A DNA stretch of 64,000 bases from Acidimicrobiia bacterium (GCA_016871255.1 VFZH01000004.1:567-64566); one strand, 5' to 3'; positions 8,908 through 20,000 are shown, counted from the first letter of the stretch. Notes: generated by a model from the letters alone, not told the origin. Numbers and translations: made by a program.

Positions 8908-11900
8908 TGGTGACCGTCGTGCCCTGATCGGGAACACTGCGGATGGCGATCCGGCCTTCGCACAGCTCCACGTTTCTTCGGGCAATCGGCAGCCCCAGGC
9001 CGGTGCCGGCCGCCTTCGTCGAGAAGTAGGGTTCGAACGCGCGACCGGCGGCGGCGGCGTCCATCCCCTGGCCGGTATCGCTCACCTCGAGACGGACTAC
9101 GCCGCGCCCCTGGCCGCTCGCATCGGCCTCCGTGGCGGCCTGCACCAGGAGCCGGCCGGTTCCCGGCATGGCGTGCAAGGCGTTCTCGACGATGTTGACC
9201 AGCGCGCGCACGATGAGCGTGCGGTCCACGTGAGCCGGCGGCAGGTCTGCGGGCACCTGCACGTCGAGGCCGATCCGGCCCGCCAGCCCTGCGCGGTACG
9301 GCTCGATCACCTCCGCGACCAGTTCGCCCACGTGGACGGGAGCAAGTGTCGCCACCGGCGCCGACGCGAAGCTCGAGAACTCCGAGGCAATCTGCCGCAG
9401 GAGGCGCACCTGTCCCAGGATCGTGTCCACCGACTCGCGCAGGACGGGGCCCAGCGGCTCGCCGCGATCGGTGTGCACCCGGCGCAGGTGCTCGGCGTTG
9501 AGCTGAATCGGCGTGAGCGGGTTCTTGATCTCGTGCGCCACCTGCCGGGCCATCTCGGCCCACGCCTCGAGACGATGGGTGCGCTCGAGCGCGTCGCGCT
9601 GCCGCTCGAGCTCGTCCGCCATCGAGTTGAAGTCTTCGACGAGGCGCCGGAGCTCGTCCGACGACGTCGCGGTGATCCGCGCGCCGAGATCGCCCCGCGC
9701 GATCCGCCTGGTGGCCCGCGTGAGCCGGTTGACCGGATCGGCGATCCGCTCCGCCATGGAGTACCCGATGCCCGCACCAGCCAGCACGAAGACGAGCACG
9801 GCCAGCAGGACCCGCCGATCCAGCGTGTCGACTTCCGACTCGACCTCCTGCTGCCTCAGCGTGAGGGGCACCGTCAGCAACTGCGTCGAGCCGGCGGGCT
9901 TCATGGAGGCGCCGACCACCATGTACTCGAGCCCGCCAATCCGGTCGCGTGTGACCGTGGAGGCACGCATCCCGAGTGCAAGGTCGCGGTACACGTCGGC
10001 CGGAGTCCGGGTGGGGAGGAGCCCCGACGCGAACAGGTTGCGTTCGCTGGTGGCGACCAGGCGCGGACCGGCGAACACGTTGACGTCTTCGCCAATCAGG
10101 CGGCTGGCCCACACGGTGAGGTTGTCGTCCACCGGGAGACCTCGCTGCTCGGCCTGGGGCGCCGCCAGATCCTCCACCACGCGCCTGGCAGCGGACGCGG
10201 TCCGCAGCGCTTCGAGCTCGATCGACTCGCGGATCTGCGCCGCCACGTACGCGCGGGTCACGAACGCCAGCGCGACCACCGGGATGACGGCCGCGGCCAC
10301 GAACGCGAGGAACAGCTTCCGGTAGAAGCTGGCGCGCATCTCCCGGAGCAGGGCGCGCCCGCTCCGATTCCGACGCCAGACGGCACCCGTCGCCGCAGCG
10401 GCCATCAATGCCAGCACGTAGGTCAGGCCGGCCAGCGCGGTCACCTCGCCCAGGTTCACGACGTGATCGAGGGTGGTGGGCAGCGGCACACCGAGCGCGT
10501 GGATGCCGCCGCGATCGTTCAGCATGAAGACCTCGAAGCGCTGCGCCCCATTCTCCAGCCGCGTCCAGAACGGGCGCCGCGAGGCGGCGGCCCCGTCGAA
10601 CGCCGCGTCGTCGAGCGTCCAGGCCGCCGATCGAGAGGAGTACAGCGGCATGCGGCTCCAGCCGTACACGGCGTACTCCACGTCGCGGCCGAACACGTCC
10701 TCGCCACGGGCCGGATCGTCGCGCCGGAGCAGTGCGGCGTACGGACTCTGCGACGCGATGAACGGCAGGTCGCCGTAGTCGAGCATGGCGTGCACGACGA
10801 TGGAACCCTCGCGCCGGCCGCCTGCGTCACAGAGTGCCCGGCCGGCGTGGAGCACCCGCCGCTCCTCGGCGAAGAACGGCGACACCTCCTCGTAGACGTC
10901 CCAGCCGCACGTCGGTTCCTCCCGGCGCCGGACAGCACTCAGGTCCTCGGGCAGGTTGAACGCGAAGCGGCTCTCCAGCACGCCCGTCGGGCCGTAGAGT
11001 TCGATCGACGAGGTCAGGGGCACCGACAAGCTCGTCCGGCGCCAGAGCGAGAACGCGCGATCCGTGTCCGGCACCCCGGCCGGCTCGTCAGGCCGAGCGG
11101 CCACGAGGGCGTCCAGGCCCGCCGTTGCATCGATCTGCTCGATCGCCTCGTCGAGCGCGGTCTGGATGACCGCCCGCTGAGCGATCGCCTGGGCCGCGAA
11201 ACGCGACTCGATGACGTCTGCCCTGGCGTCCCACGCGATCTGGAAAAGGGTAGGGTAGAACGCCAGCGGTGGGAGGATGACCACCATGGCGCCCGTCGCC
11301 AGCCTCATCGCCTGCGACCCGCGCCGGAGGCGGGTGGCGAGCCGCGGACCCACGAGCACGCCGGCCGCGACGAGCAGAAGCGGAAGCGCCAGGCCAATGA
11401 CACGCGGTGCATCGGCCCGCGCGACCAGGGCCCACACCATGAGCGGCGTGACCCAGCACGCGATCGCTCCCGCACGACGCGCCCGACTCCGTCGAACGAG
11501 ACCGAAGGGCAGGCTCGCGAGGCGCAGCAGCGCCAAGGCCAGCGCCGCCACCGCCACGTGGCCGATGACCAGGCCCGCCTGCAGGGCTACCCCCTCCGCA
11601 CTCCAGGGATGGAGGGAGAAATGCAGGGGATCGAGCGGCGTGCTCGCGAGGACGTCCACCAGCAGCGTGCGGTACCCGCGCAGCAGTCGGGCCAGCACCT
11701 CACCGGCGGCGACCTGCACCGCCACGAACGCGACGATCGCTTCGGAGTGCGTGGGAAGCCGGGGGACCAGTCGCCGAAGCCGCAGCCCCTCGACCAGCGC
11801 AGCGCACGTGGCCGCCACTCCGGCCGCGGCAGTCGCGGTCATCAGGAGGTCGAACGGCGAAGCCAGCAGTCCGAATGCCCGATCGGGAGCCGGTCCGGCC

Positions 11901-12868
11901 GGTGCGAACAGGGACCACCCCGCCCACGACTGCGGAGTGGCGAACCGAAGGACGCCGCGAGCGACGACGATCACTCCGGCGATGGCGAGCGCCGCGCGCA
12001 CGTGCGCACCACCCGTGCGCGCGCCACGCCGCCAGTCGAGCAGCGGTCCTGTCAGCCAGAGCAGAGTGAGGACGAGCGCCGAGAGCGCCGCCGCCCGCAC
12101 TCGCTCCTGCCAGCGCTCCCTGGCCCGGCTCACATCGCGACCCGCCAGGACCGCCGTCCCCAGTTCGCCGCCGGCAGGGTCCCGCACGATGAACGACGTG
12201 TCCTGGTCGCCGATCGGCGGCACGCCGCCCGGGAGGTGGATCGTGACGGGTGCCGCCGCGGCCTCCCAGGTGAAGGATCGCTCGGTTGACACCGGCAGGT
12301 CTGTCGGCGCGTTGAGCGCCTGCTCGGCTGTGACCGTTCCCAGGCGCCGGCCGTCGCTCTCGTCCGCCACGGCCCGCACGTAGGCCAGGCGTGGCCCGAG
12401 CTGGTTCGCCACGACGAACCACGTCTCTCCGGCCTCATGCTGCGCGAACGGCAGCTCGGCTGGGCGCCCCGCCCACACGATCGGCTCGCCTCGTGGCGAG
12501 TAGACGGTCAGCGACACGTCCGCTGCCGGCGCAGCGATCTCCCGGGAAGCCGCGAAATCGTCGAGGGCCGACGCCGCCCGGGCGAAGAGCCGCTCCTGGA
12601 CGCCCGGTTCCCGGGCGGCGGCCCGCAGGGTCTCCGCGTCGGCCAGGGCGGCCGCCAGATCCCGAAGGCCGAGCGCCATCGACTCGACCTCGCGGGTCAC
12701 CTCCGCGCGCACACGTTCGCGGGTGGCGGCCTCGTCGGCACCGAGGATCGCCCGGGCGGCGAGCAGGCCGGCTCCATACACGAGGGCCGCACAGACAACT
12801 CCAATGGCGGCGATCCGCAGGAGCCGTGTCACCGGGAACGATGCTGAAGCGGGGCCCGGAAGGGGCAC
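8885..12868 (-). CDS. Very large multi-pass sensor histidine kinase (NtrY-like H-box), 1327 aa
   Basis: C-terminal HAMP region; H-box HEIKNPLTPIQLNAEHL; N-box NIVENALHAM; G-boxes DTGQGM and GTGLGL. About 1000 aa of N-terminal sensor with several hydrophobic blocks. No response-regulator gene is adjacent. Confidence 0.9.
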   Translation of the reverse strand: MPLPGPASASFPVTRLLRIAAIGVVCAALVYGAGLLAARAILGADEAATRERVRAEVTREVESMALGLRDLAAALADAETLRAAAREPGVQERLFARAASALDDFAASREIAAPAADVSLTVYSPRGEPIVWAGRPAELPFAQHEAGETWFVVANQLGPRLAYVRAVADESDGRRLGTVTAEQALNAPTDLPVSTERSFTWEAAAAPVTIHLPGGVPPIGDQDTSFIVRDPAGGELGTAVLAGRDVSRARERWQERVRAAALSALVLTLLWLTGPLLDWRRGARTGGAHVRAALAIAGVIVVARGVLRFATPQSWAGWSLFAPAGPAPDRAFGLLASPFDLLMTATAAAGVAATCAALVEGLRLRRLVPRLPTHSEAIVAFVAVQVAAGEVLARLLRGYRTLLVDVLASTPLDPLHFSLHPWSAEGVALQAGLVIGHVAVAALALALLRLASLPFGLVRRSRARRAGAIACWVTPLMVWALVARADAPRVIGLALPLLLVAAGVLVGPRLATRLRRGSQAMRLATGAMVVILPPLAFYPTLFQIAWDARADVIESRFAAQAIAQRAVIQTALDEAIEQIDATAGLDALVAARPDEPAGVPDTDRAFSLWRRTSLSVPLTSSIELYGPTGVLESRFAFNLPEDLSAVRRREEPTCGWDVYEEVSPFFAEERRVLHAGRALCDAGGRREGSIVVHAMLDYGDLPFIASQSPYAALLRRDDPARGEDVFGRDVEYAVYGWSRMPLYSSRSAAWTLDDAAFDGAAASRRPFWTRLENGAQRFEVFMLNDRGGIHALGVPLPTTLDHVVNLGEVTALAGLTYVLALMAAAATGAVWRRNRSGRALLREMRASFYRKLFLAFVAAAVIPVVALAFVTRAYVAAQIRESIELEALRTASAARRVVEDLAAPQAEQRGLPVDDNLTVWASRLIGEDVNVFAGPRLVATSERNLFASGLLPTRTPADVYRDLALGMRASTVTRDRIGGLEYMVVGASMKPAGSTQLLTVPLTLRQQEVESEVDTLDRRVLLAVLVFVLAGAGIGYSMAERIADPVNRLTRATRRIARGDLGARITATSSDELRRLVEDFNSMADELERQRDALERTHRLEAWAEMARQVAHEIKNPLTPIQLNAEHLRRVHTDRGEPLGPVLRESVDTILGQVRLLRQIASEFSSFASAPVATLAPVHVGELVAEVIEPYRAGLAGRIGLDVQVPADLPPAHVDRTLIVRALVNIVENALHAMPGTGRLLVQAATEADASGQGRGVVRLEVSDTGQGMDAAAAGRAFEPYFSTKAAGTGLGLPIARRNVELCEGRIAIRSVPDQGTTVTITLPVAV

Positions 12869-12882
12869 GGGGACAGGATACC

Positions 12883-12911
12883 CTTCGACGTCGCTCCCCT
12901 CGACGTCGCTC
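12883..12911. promoter_or_regulatory. Tandem 14-mers, each containing the palindrome CGACGTCG, in the divergent kinase / membrane-protein intergenic region
   Basis: CTTCGACGTCGCTC (12883-12896) and CCTCGACGTCGCTC (12898-12911), with a 15-bp period. A third CGACGTC sits at 12981-12987. Confidence 0.35.
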
Positions 12912-12988
12912 AGGGCTGCCGTTCGGGTTCGCGGCAGTCACCCGCTGCCACGCAGCCCCGGGTACGTCTACCATGGAGCACGACGTCC

Positions 12989-13996
12989 ATGTCACCGCTC
13001 AAGACCGCGCTCAAGCGTGGGGCCCTTCTGGCCGCCGCCAACTGGCAGGTGGCCCTGATTCAGTCGATTGCCGACTCGCTGTTCAAGCTGCTGATCGCGG
13101 TGCCGGTCGTGGGCGGCGTCTTCCTCGTCGTGCTCGTCATCGGCGCCGAGCCTCAGGGGATCCTGGCGCTCGAGTGGCGCGAAATCCTCACCACGATCCT
13201 GGCGGCGCTGATGTCGCAACCGGCCGTCCTGACGGCGTTCCTGCTTGCGCTGGCGGTCGTCGTCCTGGGCGGCTCGCTTTTCCTGTTCCTCGTCAAGGCC
13301 GGCACCGTGGCCACGCTCGTGGCGGCGGATCGGCGCGCCCCCGGCATCGAACAGCCTCCGCTCCACCTCTCCACCATGGCGCGCGCGGGCGCGTTTGCGG
13401 TGGACGACTTCATCGCCAGCTCTGCCAGGCTGTTCCCGCGATACGCCGGGCTCGGCATGCTGCTCCTGGCGCTCTACGTGATCTCCGCGGTCGGGTTCGT
13501 TGCCGCGGCCACGCTGACGGCTCGCACCGTCGGCCTGGGTGCGGCGGCGACGCTCACCGCACCGTTCGTCGCCTGGATCACCTTCGTCAACCTTCTGTAC
13601 GTGCTCGCCCAGGTTGTCATCGCGGCAGACGACTGCGGCCCGACAGCCGCCATCCGGCGCGTTGCCGTGTTCCTTCGGGCCGATGTCCGCGGTGTGGCCG
13701 CGGTGTTCGGGGTGGTGCTGGCGGTCGTGGTCCTGGGAACCGGGGTGTCGATCGTGGCCATGGCCGCCTTGAGCCTGATCGGGTTCGTGCCCTTCTTTGG
13801 GCTCGCGGTCGTGCCGCTGCAGCTCGCCGCCTGGCTCTGCCGGGCGGTCGTGTTCCAGTACATCGACCTGACGGCGGTCGGTGCGTACCTGCACCGGTAT
13901 CGGGGCACCCCGGATCGCCGGTCGCGGGTCGACGTGGCCGTGGGGCCGCCGTCCGGAGACGCGGCCTGGACGCGACTGGCCGGTTCCGGGTCGTAG
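12989..13996 (+). CDS. Hypothetical polytopic membrane protein
   Basis: 335 aa with at least 6 long hydrophobic segments. I recognise no motif. Codon usage is GC3-rich like the neighbouring genes. Confidence 0.65.
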   Translation: MSPLKTALKRGALLAAANWQVALIQSIADSLFKLLIAVPVVGGVFLVVLVIGAEPQGILALEWREILTTILAALMSQPAVLTAFLLALAVVVLGGSLFLFLVKAGTVATLVAADRRAPGIEQPPLHLSTMARAGAFAVDDFIASSARLFPRYAGLGMLLLALYVISAVGFVAAATLTARTVGLGAAATLTAPFVAWITFVNLLYVLAQVVIAADDCGPTAAIRRVAVFLRADVRGVAAVFGVVLAVVVLGTGVSIVAMAALSLIGFVPFFGLAVVPLQLAAWLCRAVVFQYIDLTAVGAYLHRYRGTPDRRSRVDVAVGPPSGDAAWTRLAGSGS

Positions 13997-14033
13997 AGCA
14001 GCGACCGCGACGTCGTCCCCTGCACGCCGGGCG

Positions 14034-14075
14034 GGCCGGCTGCCTTCGGCTCCGCTCAGGCCAGGAAAGCCGACC
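14034..14075. repeat. 42-nt intergenic repeat, copy B
   Basis: GGCCGGCTGCCTTCGGCTCCGCTCAGGCCAGGAAAGCCGACC matches 4748-4789 at 38/42. Like copy A, it lies between convergent gene ends. Confidence 0.6.
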
Positions 14076-14134
14076 CCGACATGCGTCAGGACCGAGAGCG
14101 AGCCCCGACCGGTCCGCGCTGCACCAGTCCTGAC

Positions 14135-15334
14135 TCAGGGCCGCGCGACCGGTTCCGGCTCGCGGGGCAGCCGGCGCCCCGGCAGGTCCGTCAGGGGAGA
14201 GGTCTGGGGCTCGCGCATCATCATCCCGACAGGCCGCAGGGACGACACACGGCCGTCGCGGGTCACGACGATCATGGCGGACCGATACGGACGGAGCACG
14301 CGGTCCACGAGCGGCACCCCTTCCAGATCGCCGGCCGCCTGATGGGTGCCCTGCCCGGTGCCCGTGTTCCCGATGTAGGCGTCCACGCGCGGTGCAACCC
14401 CGGCGGACACGACCACGCCATCAACGGCGATGGGTGGCGCCGCCGGGCGTGTCTCCAGCGCCTTCTTCCATCGCTGGTTGCCGTTGCCGCGGTTGAACGC
14501 GCGGAGAATGTTGTCCAGTGACGAGACGTACACGAAGTCCTCGTCCACGTCGGCGCCCATCACATCCCCGCCCAGGCGCCACCGCCACACCTCTTCACCT
14601 GAAGACGGGCGGAGCGCGAAGAACAGGTTGGTCGTGGAACCCACGAAGACGCGGTCGCGGCCCACCGCCGGCTGACTGAGCGTCCCCTCGAACGTCCGCG
14701 TCCAGCGGCGTGCGCCCGTGGCCACGTCGAGCGCGACGACGCGGGCAGACCCGGTCGTCACGACCACCACGCCGTCTCCCACCGCCGCCGGGTGGGTGGC
14801 GACGCCCTCCACCGCCTGATCCCACCGGACGCCGCCCGAGTCTGTCGCCACCAGGAGCACACGCCCGTCGGTGGTCGCAAGGATCGCCCCACCGGGCGCC
14901 CCGACCGGGGCGGCCGCGGCCGCAACAGCAGGCCTCGTCCACCGGACGAGGCCCGTCCGGGCATCCAGACCCACGACGGTGTCGGCGCCTGCGACGACAA
15001 CGACGCCGCCGGTGACGAGCGGGGGCAAGCGGGTGTCAGCCCGGCTCGTCCAGAGCACGGCGCCGGTCTCGCGGTCGAACGCCGCAAGCTCGCCGTTCTG
15101 CAGCGGGATGTACGCGCGCTCGCCGTCGATGGCTCCTCCGGCCGACGGCAGCACCGTCAACGTCAGCGTCCAGAGCGCTTCGGCGGGGAACAGCGGAGCC
15201 GGGTCACGTTCGGGCGTGGACGCCGCTTCGCCAGTGCGGGCCGCCGCCAGCACCAGCCCCAGGACCAGGAACAGCGCCGGCCCGCGAGGGGTGATGCGCG
15301 TCAGACCTGATCCGGAGCGCGCGACCGTCGCCAT
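14135..15334 (-). CDS. PQQ-like beta-propeller repeat protein (BamB-like), secreted
   Basis: Signal peptide (ALFLVLGLVLAAARTGEA). Repeated motifs of the type G.V...D..TG...W (AFDRETGAVLWT, LDARTGLVRWT, LDVATGARRWT, SGEEVWRW). I chose the ATG at 15334; the longer track ORF would run across the guaA start. Confidence 0.8.
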   Translation of the reverse strand: MATVARSGSGLTRITPRGPALFLVLGLVLAAARTGEAASTPERDPAPLFPAEALWTLTLTVLPSAGGAIDGERAYIPLQNGELAAFDRETGAVLWTSRADTRLPPLVTGGVVVVAGADTVVGLDARTGLVRWTRPAVAAAAAPVGAPGGAILATTDGRVLLVATDSGGVRWDQAVEGVATHPAAVGDGVVVVTTGSARVVALDVATGARRWTRTFEGTLSQPAVGRDRVFVGSTTNLFFALRPSSGEEVWRWRLGGDVMGADVDEDFVYVSSLDNILRAFNRGNGNQRWKKALETRPAAPPIAVDGVVVSAGVAPRVDAYIGNTGTGQGTHQAAGDLEGVPLVDRVLRPYRSAMIVVTRDGRVSSLRPVGMMMREPQTSPLTDLPGRRLPREPEPVARP

Positions 15335-15437
15335 GTCACGATGAGGCCCGCGACGTCCGGTCCACTGCACGCGCCGACCACTAGATATTGTTGCGCCATG
15401 GCCAAAGACCACGCCATATAATAGCGGCACCGCGCGC

Positions 15438-17012
15438 GTGGCGGCCACCGTCTCACCCGGACTTCCTGTGCACCAGACCGTCCTTGTCCTCGATTTCGGC
15501 TCGCAATACACACAACTGATTGCCCGGCGTCTCCGCGAACTGGCGGTCTTCTCGCAGGTCGTGCCGTTCGACACCCCCATCGGGACGATTCGCGAGAAGC
15601 GTCCCGTGGGGATCATCCTGTCGGGGGGGCCCCGGAGCGTCTCGGACGCCGCGGCTCCCCGGTGCAGTGGCGACGTGTTCGCGATGGGCGTGCCCGTGCT
15701 GGGCATCTGCTACGGCATGCAGCTGATGACCACGACCCTTGGCGGCGGCGTCGCCCGATCTTCGCAGCGCGAGTTCGGCCATGCGCAGATCTCGCTCACC
15801 GCCAATGGTGCGGCGTCGAGGCTGCTGCGCGGTGTCCCGTCCACAGTTCGCGTGTGGGCAAGCCATGGCGATGCGGTGTCCGCGGCGCCGCCGGGCTTCA
15901 CGGTGACCGCCACCAGCGCCAGCGTGCCGATCGCTGCGATGGAGGCGCCCGAACGCGGTCTCTATGCGCTGTTGTTCCATCCCGAAGTGGCCCACACCGA
16001 CTCGGGGCTCGACATCCTGCGGAACTTCGCCTTCGGAGCCTGCGGCTGCACGGGCGACTGGACGGTGTCGTCGTTCGTGGAGGAGACGACCGCGCGGATC
16101 GCCGCGCAGGTGGGTGAGGGGCGGGTGGTCTGCGCGCTGTCCGGTGGCGTGGACTCGACGGTCGCGGCGCTGCTGATTCACCGCGCGATCGGCGAGCGGC
16201 TGACCTGCATCTTCGTGGACAACGGCCTGCTGCGCTGGGAGGAAGCGCGCCAGGTCCGGCAGCGGTTCGCCGACAAGCTGCGCCTGCCCCTGGAGTTCGT
16301 CGACGCGACGGAGCTCTTCCTGACGCGGCTCGCTGGCGTGATCGATCCGGAAGAGAAGCGCAAGATCATCGGGCGGACGTTCATCGACGTGTTCGAACAG
16401 CGGGCCGGCGAGCTGGGCCGCTTCGACTTCCTGGCGCAGGGCACGTTGTACCCCGACGTCATCGAATCGGCCTCGGTCCTCGGTCCTGCGGTGGTCATCA
16501 AGAGCCACCACAACGTCGGCGGGCTGCCGGAGCGGATGCGCTTCACGCTGGTCGAGCCATTGCGCGACCTCTTCAAGGACGAGGTGCGCCGGGTCGGCCA
16601 GGACCTGGGCCTGGATCACGCATTCGTCGTGCGACAGCCCTTTCCCGGTCCAGGCCTGGCCGTGCGGATCGTGGGCGACATCACGCCCGAGCGGCTGGAG
16701 CTGCTGCGGCTCGCGGACAAGGTCGTGGTGGAGGAGATCCGGAAGGCCGGCTGGTACGAGGAGTTGTGGCAGAGCTTTGCCGTGCTGCTGCCCGTGCAGA
16801 GCGTCGGCGTGATGGGCGACGCCCGCACGTATGAGTACACTCTGGCGGTACGGGCGGTCCAGAGCGTGGACGGCATGACCGCCGACTGGGCGCGGCTGCC
16901 ACACGACCTGCTCGCCTCGATCTCCTCGCGCATCGTCAACGAGGTGCGGGGCATCAACCGGGTCGTGTACGACATCAGCTCGAAGCCGCCGTCGACGATT
17001 GAATGGGAGTAG
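15438..17012 (+). CDS. guaA: GMP synthase (glutamine-hydrolysing)
   Basis: GATase domain ([20 protein letters not shown]), ATP-pyrophosphatase loop SGGVDSTV, and C-terminal [11 protein letters not shown] start. A TATAAT box lies at 15417-15422. Confidence 0.95.
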   Translation: MAATVSPGLPVHQTVLVLDFGSQYTQLIARRLRELAVFSQVVPFDTPIGTIREKRPVGIILSGGPRSVSDAAAPRCSGDVFAMGVPVLGICYGMQLMTTTLGGGVARSSQREFGHAQISLTANGAASRLLRGVPSTVRVWASHGDAVSAAPPGFTVTATSASVPIAAMEAPERGLYALLFHPEVAHTDSGLDILRNFAFGACGCTGDWTVSSFVEETTARIAAQVGEGRVVCALSGGVDSTVAALLIHRAIGERLTCIFVDNGLLRWEEARQVRQRFADKLRLPLEFVDATELFLTRLAGVIDPEEKRKIIGRTFIDVFEQRAGELGRFDFLAQGTLYPDVIESASVLGPAVVIKSHHNVGGLPERMRFTLVEPLRDLFKDEVRRVGQDLGLDHAFVVRQPFPGPGLAVRIVGDITPERLELLRLADKVVVEEIRKAGWYEELWQSFAVLLPVQSVGVMGDARTYEYTLAVRAVQSVDGMTADWARLPHDLLASISSRIVNEVRGINRVVYDISSKPPSTIEWE

Positions 17013-17027
17013 CCGCGCCGTACGCAC

Positions 17028-20000
17028 ATGGCTGAGTTCGTTCACCTGCACCTGCACACCGAGTTCTCGCTGCTCGACGGCGCCTGCCGGATTGACGAGC
17101 TGCTGGACGAAGCCGTCAGGCTGAGGATGCCGGCTCTCGCGGTGACCGAACACGGGAACATGTTCTCGTCGGTCGTGTTCCACGATCATGCCCGCGCACG
17201 CGGGCTGAAGCCGATTCTGGGCTGCGAGGTCTACGTGGCCGGCGGGAGCCGCTTCGACCGCAGCGGTTCGCAGACCGAGACGAACCACCTCGTGCTGCTG
17301 GCCGAGACCAGCGAGGGCTACGCGAACCTGATCAGGCTGGTGTCGGCCGGCTACACGGAGGGGTTCTACTACCGTCCGCGCATCGATCGGGAGCTGCTGG
17401 CTGCGCACGCGAAGGGGCTCATCGGGCTGAGCAGCTGCCTGAAGGGCGAGGTCGCCAGCGCCCTTCGTGTCGATCAGTACGCCAGGGGGCTCGACGCTGC
17501 CGCGCGGCTCCGCGACATCCTGGGGCGCGAGAACTTCTTCCTGGAGATGCAGTACCAGGGGATCGACGAACAGCAGATCGTGAACCGGCATCTGGTCCCC
17601 ATGGCCCGGGACCTCGACCTGGACCTGGTCTGCACGAACGACGTGCACTACCTGCGGCAGGGCGATCACCAGCCCCACGACATCCTGCTCTGCATCGGCA
17701 CGGGCAAGACCGTCAGCGACGCCCAGCGGCTGCGCTATACCGGCGACCAGTTCTTCCTGAAGACCGCCGAGCAGATGGCGGCGGTGTTCGGCGACATCCC
17801 GGACGCGCTGAAGAACACGGTCGCGATCGCCGAACGCTGCAACGTCACGATCCCGTCGGGCGAGAACCACCTGCCGTCTTTCGACGTGCCCGAAGGCGTC
17901 ACGCCGGAAGCGTATTTCGAGCAGGTGACGCGCGAAGGATTCGCCGCCCGCCTCGATCGGCTGCGGCACCTGGCCGCCTGCGGCCGGCTGCGGCACACGA
18001 TCGAGGAGTACGAGCGCCGGCTCGACTACGAGATCGCGATGATCAAGACGATGGGGTACCAGGGGTACTTCCTGATCGTCTGGGACTTCATCCGCTACGC
18101 GCGCGAGCAGGGGATTCCCGTGGGACCGGGCCGCGGATCCGCGGCCGGGTCGCTCGTGGCCTGGTGCCTGCGCATCACCGACGTCGATCCGCTCGATTTC
18201 GAGCTCATCTTCGAGCGCTTCCTCAACCCCGAGCGCGTGTCGCTCCCCGACATCGACGTGGACTTCTGCGAACGCCGCCGAGGCGAGGTCATCGAATACG
18301 TGACGCGGAAGTACGGCCGCGAGAACGTCGCGCAGATCATCACGTTCGGCACGATGAAGGCGAAGGCCGTCGTGCGCGACGTCGGCCGCGCGCTGGACAT
18401 GCCGTACGCGGAGGTGGATCGGATCGCGAAGCAGATTCCGGCGGCCCTGGACATGACCCTCGACAAGGCGCTCGCCGAGAACCCTGCGCTGCGCGAGATG
18501 GCGGAGCGGGACGCGAAGGTGAGGGAGGTCCTCGACATCGGGCGCCGGCTCGAGGGGATGTCCCGGCACGCGTCGGTCCACGCCGCCGGGGTCGTGATTG
18601 CGCCCGGCCCCATCACCGACTACGCGCCGCTCTACAAAGGACAGCGCGACGAAATCACGACCCAGTGGAACATGAAGGAGGTCGAGCGTGTCGGCCTTCT
18701 GAAGATGGACTTCCTGGGGCTGAGCACGCTGACGCTCATCCGCGACGCGCTGGACGAGATCCGGCGGACCGAGGGCGTGGACCTCGACATCGATGCGGTG
18801 CCGCTGGACGACCCGAAGACCTTCGAGGTCTTCGGAGAGGGACAGACCTACGGGATCTTCCAGTTCGAGAGCTCCGGCATGCGCGAGCTGCTCCGGAAGG
18901 CGAAGCCGACGCGCCTCGACGACCTCATCGCCCTCAACGCCCTCTACCGGCCGGGGCCGCTCAGGAGCGGCCGGGTCGACGACTGGATCGCCTGCAAGCA
19001 GGGGCGCAAGGCGGTCCGGTACGAGTTGCCGCAGCTCGAGCCGATTCTCGCCGACACGTACGGCGTCATCGCCTATCAGGAACAGGTGATGCACATCGCG
19101 CAGGTGCTGGCCGGATTCTCGCTGGGCCAGGCCGACGTGCTCCGCAAGGCGATGGGCAAGAAGGACCCTGCCGTCATGGCGAAACAGCGCGAGAGCTTCA
19201 TGGAAGGGGCGAGCGGGCAGGGTATCAGCGCAACGAAGGCCGCCAAGGTCTTCGAAGAGATGGAGCACTTCGCCGGCTACGGGTTCAACAAGTCGCACTC
19301 CACGCCGTACGCCCTCCTCGCCTACCAGACGGCGTACCTGAAGGCGAACTACCCCTGGCACTTTGCGGCGGCGCTGCTCACCATCGAATCGCAGAACACC
19401 GACAAGCTGGCGATGTACCTCGGCGAGTGCCGCGAGCGCGGCATCCCGATCCTGCCGCCGGACGTCAACGAGAGCCGGCTGCGCTTTTCGGTCGAGCCCG
19501 GTCGCGGCGTGCGCTTCGGGTTGACGGCCATCAAGGGACTCGGAGAGAGCGCGGCGGCCGCCATCCTCGACGCGCGTGGCGCGCTCGGCGGGCGCATTCC
19601 CGCCCTCCATGCGCTCTGCGAAATCCTCGACATGCGGATCGCCAACAAGCGGGTGTTCGAGGCGCTGGTCAAGGCCGGCGCCTGCGACTCGCTCGCTCCG
19701 GACGACGGCGCCGCGCCCCTCGGCCTGCGCCGGGCCCGGTTGCACGCCGCCATCGATCCGGCCTGCGAGCACGGGCAGCGCACGCAGCGCGATCGCGCGC
19801 TGGGGCAGTCCGACCTCTTCGGCGGCGGCGCGGGCGTCGAGGCACGGGCGGCGAACGTCCCGCTCCCCGATGCGGGTCCCTGGAGCGAGGTCGAACTGCT
19901 GAACTGCGAGAAGGACACGCTGGGCTTCTTCCTGACCGGCCATCCGATCGACCGCTGGGCCGCCGACCTCCGGGAGTTCGGCGCGCGATCGATCGCCGAC

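Noticed and set aside
14135-15706. Full-length 523-aa track ORF for the beta-propeller protein; also the extended N-termini of ORFs 2681, 21463, 34715-35590, 41735, 44211, 51609 and 57484-58326.
   Set aside because: The upstream extensions are low-complexity, overlap neighbouring genes or promoters, and are followed by internal starts. Those internal starts yield proper signal peptides or conserved N-termini and often overlap the upstream stop codon.
15453-19943. 1496-aa minus-strand ORF spanning guaA and dnaE. Similar giants occur at 8840-12289 (+), 59223-62198 (+), 44775-47549 (-), 26349-28019 (-) and 21607-23640 (-).
   Set aside because: They lie antisense to genes with unambiguous conserved motifs. 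Their translations are Arg/Pro/Gly/Ala-rich low-complexity sequence with no recognisable domains. Long stop-free antisense frames are expected at about 70% GC.
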